Shown: one piece after another, positions 59,101 to 64,000 of the stretch
How positions within the stretch are numbered: the stretch's first letter is position 1
Layout of the letters: every line of letters starts with the position of its first letter
Notes under the pieces: generated by a model
Told to the model about the DNA's origin: nothing
What the model saw: the letters and a program-made list of their open reading frames with translations, nothing else
The model's database searches: none
Program-made: the position numbers and the translations under genes
Origin: Bacillota bacterium
Lineage (GTDB): Bacteria > Bacillota > JAAYKD01
Assembly: GCA_963666425.2 (NCBI GenBank)
Contig: OY762825.2
Coordinates: 416,001 to 480,000 of the forward strand
Direction of reading: 5' to 3'
DNA: 64,000 nucleotides

Positions 59101-62100
59101 TTGCTGTCCACTGTGAAAGAACCTTGCGCAGCGGATGCACCTGTCTGCACCGAATAGGTCATGGTATTGGCCGGAAGATCAATATCTGCAACGGTAATCA
59201 GACCAAGAATCGTGGTATCTTCCGGTGTGCTAACCACCGACCCGGTTGCCACAGGCGGTTGATTCAAAGTCATATTGGCAGTGACCGGTGAGTACTTCTT
59301 GGAAGTGATGTTCTCTGTGGAATAATATTCCTCAATACTCAGGGTCACCACACCATTAGAAGGGGTACTGAGATCGCCGTCTTCCTTTAAGGAGAAGCTG
59401 AGATACTGACTGGTATTGTATTCAATGGCGGAAAAAATCCACTCGATGGTTTTACTGGTGTTTGTTGTCCCTGTAACAACCGCACCTGGAGCATAAAGCT
59501 CTACCGACATACCACTGGGAATCGTTGCCTTCACCTTAACCATGTTTGCTTCGCTCGCACCTGTGTTTTTCAGTTCGGCTTGGAAATTTAAGACTTCTGA
59601 TACCGAATTGAATGTCTTCTTGACAGCGGTGAAGCTCTGAATTGTCATCTGGGGTTGCTTAACTGAAATATCGCGGTTTACCGACTTCACAATATTCTCA
59701 TCGCTGCCGGCCGAGTAATCCCAGCGAATTCCGGCTGTATTTCTGGCACTGAATGTAGTTCCAGCGCCATAGGCTCCGTCTGTTTTGGCTTGCGCAACTA
59801 CGGTGTATTCATAAACAACGTCGCTGCCAATCGCGCTGACATCGCCGATGAGGTTATAGACACCACCCGCAACAAAACCCCCGCTGAAGGAATTCAGACT
59901 GAACTGGGCCGGTAAGGTATCTTTCAATTCCAAATCGTAAGCATTCGTACCTTGCTTGACCGTAACCCGAATGGTATAAGTAACCGTATCACCGGGTCTG
60001 ATTTCGGTCAAAGAACTGCCATTGCTGGTAGAAACAACGGTTTTGCTCACGACAACATCTGGTATTTTTAAGGTAGTATTCGTTGACACCGATGTCTCAA
60101 AGCTGACTTTGGCGGGTGTGGTATAGTAATTGCCGGTTTTACCGGTCAGCACAATCGATTGACCAGCAGGCCGGTTTGCATCCACCGCCAAAGTAAAACT
60201 GATGGCGCTGGTGGCATTCACGGCTAAACTCGCCACTTCAGGAAAACTATAAACTACATCCGTACCAACCACAACACTTCCGGTAGGTGCTACGCTCCAA
60301 TTGCTGGGCGTCAAGCCTGCCGGAATGGTGATGCTGGGAACAAAACCATAAGCGGTATTTGCACCGCTGTTGCGTATGGTATAGACCAGATTTTGCGTTT
60401 GCCCCTGCACAATACTAAAATTGGTTGTATTCCAGGTACCGGCTAATTGAGGTTTGCTGACATTCAAAGCACTGGTGACCGTCAATTGATGGCTGCTGCC
60501 GCCCGCGCTTTTATCATTCCAATGCAGCTCAGCCTGGTTGCTCTGAGAAGAACTGACACCCACTGCAGTATCTACATGGGTTTTAACATAGACCGTATAA
60601 CTGGCTGCAGAATAATCTCCAACCGCTATCGTCACTTTGCTTCCGCTGCTGCCAAAAGCCACCGGGAAACTGGCAGTATGGCTGGCAAGATCATAATTCG
60701 CGTAAACCCCCAGCAGACTTTGTCCTGCCGGCAGTACTTCAATTAACTCTGTAGCATACAGATTGGTTCCCGCCGGCAAGCTGAACTGAATCTGATACAC
60801 GACCCAATCGTTGACCCGAACCGGATTTGCTTCCGTATCGGTTACACTCTTCGTCAAAGTAGGACTCTTTGCCAGCAAGCTCGTCTCTTTGTTGACGGTT
60901 TGATCCAGATAATCGGGTCCCCCATTGGTTTTCTGATAGCTGACTAAATCAGCCGAATTGTTGAAAGTACGGGTGGCTCCCACCGCCGCGCTGACCTGAG
61001 CCGTATAAATAATGGTTGCAGAGGAATGTGCGGTAATTTCAGGAATCGTGAAATTCAGTACATTGCCTGCCTGAGTAGCAACAGCACCGGCGGGACCGAT
61101 CAGATAGGTAAGATTGGTCAATTCCGAATCAAAGGTATCGGCCAATTTCACATTATAAGCAGAGGCATCCCCATCATTGGTAACCTCAATGGCAAAAGTC
61201 AACGTGTCTCCGGCTGCCAGATCCGACGCGCTCTGTACCGTAGTATAGGGGGGGATCATGCTGGTAAGAATACTCTTTGTCATACTCAAAACCGGTGCCT
61301 GATAAATGAAAGGCAATTGACCGCGCTGACTGTCTATGGCATTTGAAGTATTCAAAAAGGAAGCTTTGGCCATGCTGTAATTTTCTTTGCCATTGATCAC
61401 CTTCAGTGAATCATTGACCCGTAAAACATATTCTACCGATAAAACAGTATTTCTCTCGACTTCAGGAAATTCCACGCTGAAAAGCTTATCGGTATTGCCA
61501 TTGCCAAAATAAGCTTGATTTCCTGAAGCGCCAAACCAAACACTGCCGGCAGCAAACTGATAATTCGTCCCATTGACAACTGCGGTTTCCGAAACGGGAG
61601 TCACAATGGTGCCGCCATCTTTAAATACTACATTTTCCAGATAATACAAGGGAACCCCGGTGGCATAACCGGTTTCGAAAGGATAAAAATCGTAAAGCTT
61701 AACTTCTTTTTGCTTGGTATTCACCTGAGACGCATCATAAGTTAAGCGCAGCCGGATCTCATCCCCTACTTTTAAGGGATAAAAACCCCTGGCATCAGCT
61801 GCAATGCCGGCGCCGTTGACACTGATGATTTCCTTGGTGATCAGCGGTTTATTGATCACTGCGGAAGCCGTGGCATTAGTCTCCTGCGCCGGATAACTTC
61901 CCACTAACGTCACCGTGTCGGAGGAAGACGTATTAATCAGCTTATCATTGGCATAAATCGGTACTCCGGCCAACGCACCCCGCGTCCATTGAGTCATCAC
62001 CTCGGCGCGGAATTGAAGCACTGCGGAAGCTTCTTTTAATAAGCTATCCAACGTCCAGTTCAGGACTTCACTGCCGGGGCTGCCGGTATGAGAATAAGCG

Positions 62101-63344
62101 GTAACATTCGATGCCGCAGCGGTGATGGCGTAATCGGCACCGCCATAAACAGCCTGCGCTTCCAAAAAGTCCAGACCGTCTCCCATTTCATCCAGAATAT
62201 TGAGATCAATTAAATCATGGTACTGGGCGGCTCGAACCTGCAAGCTATATTCCAGAACACTGCCGTAACCAAGTGGGCTGCCGGAGATCAAGCTTTTTGT
62301 CTTGGTCAGAATATAATCTTTTGCTACCGCATTGCGGTCCAAATTAACAAGGTTAATTGGAATGGCTATACCGTTTTTATCGGTTGAGCCTTGATAGGAT
62401 GTGCGGTAAGTTAAGTTGGTACCATCAGAAATTCTTACACCGGTATTTACAACACTATTATCGGTCAGATTTTCGAAAATCGCCGAATCGTAACTGATTT
62501 GAAACTCGGCGTCCGGATCCAGCTGTAAACTCCAACTCAACGCACTATCACCACTGGCTGCTCGATAATAATCTTCGGTTTGCGCAAGAATTGTTCCCGA
62601 ACCGGAATTGAATCCTGACGTTAAGTTGGTTATTTCCGCACCGTTCGGAACCAAATGGCTCAAGTCAATTACGGTACTGAACTGCTGATTATTTTTTATT
62701 GTGATTACATAAGGAAAGGTATTAAAGTTATCTGCTGCTGTTGCGTCTTCTCCCGCGCCTTTTAACTGTTTCCCAGGAGACGTAGCAGTGACAGAAACGG
62801 GCAGGACAGAAATTGAAAACGTATCCTGATTATAAATTTCATCAAAATAATATGGGCTGCGGCTTGCCGAACTGGCAACTGTTGCCCCTATCTGGTAAAA
62901 ACCGGTCGATTCAAGCGCAACTGGATGATCGATATCCACCTGATAATAATCGAGCACTTTCAGAGGAATTGCAAATACAAAGCTCTGGCCCGGAGCTAAA
63001 TCGGTGATATCATTCCAGACGATTTTCTGCTTGACTGCTCCCGCTACGGTTAATGATTCTTGAGAGATCGGGGAGGGATCGACAGGCAACTGCAGCTGCA
63101 AACCATTATCCAACCAGAGTTCAAGATTAACATTGTATAACCAGTTAGTGGGATCGTTATTCTGAATTGTAACATTCATAGAGCTGGAACTGCCTAACAA
63201 AATCGATTGGTTCCCTACTGCGACGGTAATGTCCGCATCGACAACCCCATCGGTGACATTTGCTAAAACCTGATAGTTACAAAAGCAGAGTGTAATAATT
63301 AAAATCAAAGAGATAATTTTTCTGCTAATTTTAGAAATGATCAA
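53193..63344 (-). CDS. giant SLH-anchored adhesin (DUF11-like domains, about 14 cadherin-like Ig repeats, C-terminal SLH domains)
   Basis: signal peptide; K...GD.V.Y.I repeats; repeated VND(A/P)P..ED..D.DGD units; GYPD.TFKPD..ITRAE SLH motifs. Confidence 0.9.
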   Translation of the reverse strand: MIISKISRKIISLILIITLCFCNYQVLANVTDGVVDADITVAVGNQSILLGSSSSMNVTIQNNDPTNWLYNVNLELWLDNGLQLQLPVDPSPISQESLTVAGAVKQKIVWNDITDLAPGQSFVFAIPLKVLDYYQVDIDHPVALESTGFYQIGATVASSASRSPYYFDEIYNQDTFSISVLPVSVTATSPGKQLKGAGEDATAADNFNTFPYVITIKNNQQFSTVIDLSHLVPNGAEITNLTSGFNSGSGTILAQTEDYYRAASGDSALSWSLQLDPDAEFQISYDSAIFENLTDNSVVNTGVRISDGTNLTYRTSYQGSTDKNGIAIPINLVNLDRNAVAKDYILTKTKSLISGSPLGYGSVLEYSLQVRAAQYHDLIDLNILDEMGDGLDFLEAQAVYGGADYAITAAASNVTAYSHTGSPGSEVLNWTLDSLLKEASAVLQFRAEVMTQWTRGALAGVPIYANDKLINTSSSDTVTLVGSYPAQETNATASAVINKPLITKEIISVNGAGIAADARGFYPLKVGDEIRLRLTYDASQVNTKQKEVKLYDFYPFETGYATGVPLYYLENVVFKDGGTIVTPVSETAVVNGTNYQFAAGSVWFGASGNQAYFGNGNTDKLFSVEFPEVERNTVLSVEYVLRVNDSLKVINGKENYSMAKASFLNTSNAIDSQRGQLPFIYQAPVLSMTKSILTSMIPPYTTVQSASDLAAGDTLTFAIEVTNDGDASAYNVKLADTFDSELTNLTYLIGPAGAVATQAGNVLNFTIPEITAHSSATIIYTAQVSAAVGATRTFNNSADLVSYQKTNGGPDYLDQTVNKETSLLAKSPTLTKSVTDTEANPVRVNDWVVYQIQFSLPAGTNLYATELIEVLPAGQSLLGVYANYDLASHTASFPVAFGSSGSKVTIAVGDYSAASYTVYVKTHVDTAVGVSSSQSNQAELHWNDKSAGGSSHQLTVTSALNVSKPQLAGTWNTTNFSIVQGQTQNLVYTIRNSGANTAYGFVPSITIPAGLTPSNWSVAPTGSVVVGTDVVYSFPEVASLAVNATSAISFTLAVDANRPAGQSIVLTGKTGNYYTTPAKVSFETSVSTNTTLKIPDVVVSKTVVSTSNGSSLTEIRPGDTVTYTIRVTVKQGTNAYDLELKDTLPAQFSLNSFSGGFVAGGVYNLIGDVSAIGSDVVYEYTVVAQAKTDGAYGAGTTFSARNTAGIRWDYSAGSDENIVKSVNRDISVKQPQMTIQSFTAVKKTFNSVSEVLNFQAELKNTGASEANMVKVKATIPSGMSVELYAPGAVVTGTTNTSKTIEWIFSAIEYNTSQYLSFSLKEDGDLSTPSNGVVTLSIEEYYSTENITSKKYSPVTANMTLNQPPVATGSVVSTPEDTTILGLITVADIDLPANTMTYSVQTGASAAQGSFTVDSNSGAWRFVPAHDFNGGPITVTVLVNDNQGGTAVATVQITVTPVNDPPVVPNYAKVIPEDTTLSSAVVATDVDGDSLTYSQYSNPSHGSVTLQADGNYLYIPVAYYNGPDSFQVKVEDGHGGIAYSTVNISISSVNNPPTVPSYVVQTLEETAVGGKVVGSDVDSALLSYLKSTNPSHGTVTVDAAGNWLYTPNLNYNGMDSFKVQVSDGTGFAESTVTIVVIPVNDPPTVGDYTFTIAEDNSVANKVVAADVDLDTLAYSVNTAPDPSQGSFVLNPVTGDWTFTPTANYNGPVTIKVNVSDGHGGMAVSTISITITPVNDAPTVIDANRVTQEDTALDFSLVWFDNLYTDIEDANLVSVRIESLPAHGSLTLSGMAVGLNQVIPAAQLNGLKYTPSLNYHGDDLFTWKGFDGAAYSNLAKVDISITAVNDNPVVPNYNVSTNEDTAVIGTIVATDVDGDLLSYALDTAPSHGTLSLNANGSWSYTPAANYHGPDLFTVLVHDGNGGSALSTVNLTVNPINDPPTIPNYVKTMDEDAVLHAAVLGQDIDGDSLSYSKRSDPSHGQVLVNLDGSYTYTPNHDYFGDDEFTVWVDDGNGGTAFSKVTIHISNINDAPIVPDYTKITNEDTTVAGIVVGSDVEGDPLSYALGTAPTHGTLTLVANGNWSYTPAANYHGPDQFTVIVSDGNLGFATSTIDLTVLPVNDLPTADDGLRVTLEDTAIDFSLAWFENLYTDIEDPNLVSIRIESLPAHGSLTLAGLAVGLNQVIPAAQLNGLKYTPSLNYHGDDLFNWKGFDGTAYSNLAKAEISITPVNDNPVVPNYNVTTDEDISVNGVVVATDVDGDTPNYLLDTAPSHGTVTVDGNGNWSYTPAANYYGPDQFTVLVRDGNGGTALSTVNLTVQPVNDPPIILDSQRTTQEDTALSFTLIGFDNLYSDIETSNLVSVCLKSLPTHGSLSLNGSAVMLNQVIPAAQLDHLVYTPNLNYHGGDLFNWTGSDGTAASNLAKVEITITSVNDAPVVPDYHLTTAEDTAISDVIVATDADGDALSYGMETQPSNGTVVLQPNGSWTYTPNLNYCSSDSFAVRVSDGVGGFSISIVHISITPVNDPPVVPDYLYGIENGSFKQKIVASDIETPAVDLVYAVETLPTHGQLVLNANGSYIYVPLTDYEGTEVFQVRVTDQAGAFAISTVTLNISLNNAPPIAKNQTLQTPKNVALHGSAAATDGDGDRLSYAVILQPTSGQLVLAENGSWIYTPNHDFVGEDHFKIRVSDGLSGSMEITITVQVLDIAYTIDMRAIPSSLLGDGTTTTTLFAQVHDQNGNPVPNIAVVFSAPLGEFPNGTQSVTNALGIATVKYGKVDLSGTIVPKEIQVVGKVEDIIKNLYATDTISVYFMPATLNGIVIDSNRCTIVQNASVLVSKDFDQDGIIDFSATTLTAENGSYSVAVPYGNETYDVYITFDFEVAPGLQYPITFYQKGTVNGSITGVGQAFYSERIHYTVLAAENEAGQIYTIHDFSKLNFALFQYVSGSPIQYTLTANQDSARVKLLGLTAQQVSLQQLGSEVLLPVNYAIQLQEASGLFFIELPASAEGKDFKIVVYDLAGKEIGQESFRVLADGQFCVGSIILKASDVGVVVPQKDVGVQLSASQRSVEENKTVTFEITYINKNQLKIDQANLTLSIPDELEIIDSDGGQVFGSTLVWDLGSLAANQTGKLTVTARVKPLTQNQVIVRLTATITATDSLVNLEDDLSTMIVSLYSNRYEQIHQRYIVGYPDYTFKPDRYITRAEIAAIFARILDLRSTVTGVQLYPDVSTTHWAAEYIEAVSKLGLFEGYTDGLFNPDQGITRAELVSVIARYFEIERSNQLTPLSNDFSDIQGHWAANTIEEIKRIGLIQGYEDGTFQPNAFTKRSEAVVIINNMLFRGPLLGTEATFPDMPTTHWASGHAEEAIRTHRYLTNSDGSESMTDFIAEPLW

Positions 63345-63730
63345 ATTGTAAACTCCTTCGCTAAGTTAATTTTTTCGATTAAAAACCGTGTTAAAGCAAG
63401 TACTCCTTTCTTTTTTTGTGCATAGTTTTTGCTTTTTTTGACTGTTTGCATACTTTAACTGACTGCTTGCATACTTATTCCGACTTCTTTAGATATTATT
63501 ATATATATTTATACATGTGAATCGTTTGTTTTTTAGCTATGGTGTTTCAAAAAAGCAGTCAGCCAAAGAGGGGATTCTAGTTTATATTCAAGATGACTGT
63601 CCTGTTTCCCTCCCTAAATTAGGATACATTTTCACGCCTTTTTTCATATATTTCTATTTTTACTTTTTATAAACGCGTGTCACTTCCATACGATATAATT
63701 ATCAATAAATTACTCTGTTTTGAACATTAT

Positions 63731-64000
63731 AAAGCACTGCATTTCGCCGGAATCATCTTCCCGCTGAATGCAGTGCTTTTCACATGCCACTTGACAATAT
63801 ATAAATGTCCTAATCAATCTGTGCCAACACCCCCGTCCCCTTGGAACATCATCACATTTCCCCCTTCGTCGCCCTCTACTCATAAATTGCATTGGCGTAT
63901 TAGCAACACATTGTCCAAATGTAGGGAACGGTCTTGACCGTTCCGCCGTTCTCCGTCCCTTCGTCCCTTCGTCCCTTCGTCCTTTCGTCTCCTCTCGTTC
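63731..64000 (+). repeat. mosaic repeat: 50-nt hairpin, REP-1 (63820-63848), REP-2 (63921-63944) and (CGTCCCTT)n
   Basis: same order of elements as 52371-52620; runs off the window end. Confidence 0.9.

Overview
Chromosomal window from a Bacillota organism (probably Clostridia-like, judging by SLH domains, sigma-A promoters and a T-box). 1-16.3 kb holds a Gram-positive pel exopolysaccharide cluster (pelD-E-DUF2194-F-G) that runs into two CotH kinases, a VTC gene, DUF4956 and a diguanylate cyclase. Upstream of it is a GGDEF-EAL gene split by a frameshift. 16.6-19.3 kb holds an orphan rsmH paralog, a group IIC intron 5' remnant and an allantoinase-like gene. The main signal lies in 19.3-53.2 kb: a REP-associated HUH tyrosine transposase (RAYT/TnpA-REP type) and a 29-bp hairpin repeat, TGTGCCAACACCCCCGTCCCCYTGGCACA (23 copies at 15 loci in the whole window, including one at 63.8 kb; none before 19.3 kb). 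The repeat occurs as singlets, perfect inverted doublets and 33-bp-period tandems. It sits at gene 3' ends, sometimes supplying the stop codon, and divides the region into small accessory modules (metal ATPase+CsoR, AraC regulators, ABC transporters, a dinB-XRE-ImmA-SRAP module and others). This suggests a RAYT-driven cassette-like array, which is an inference and untested. 53.2-63.3 kb encodes a 3383-aa SLH-anchored adhesin flanked by mosaics of several repeat families, including a GTAG-type REP. All coordinates and counts were read by eye.
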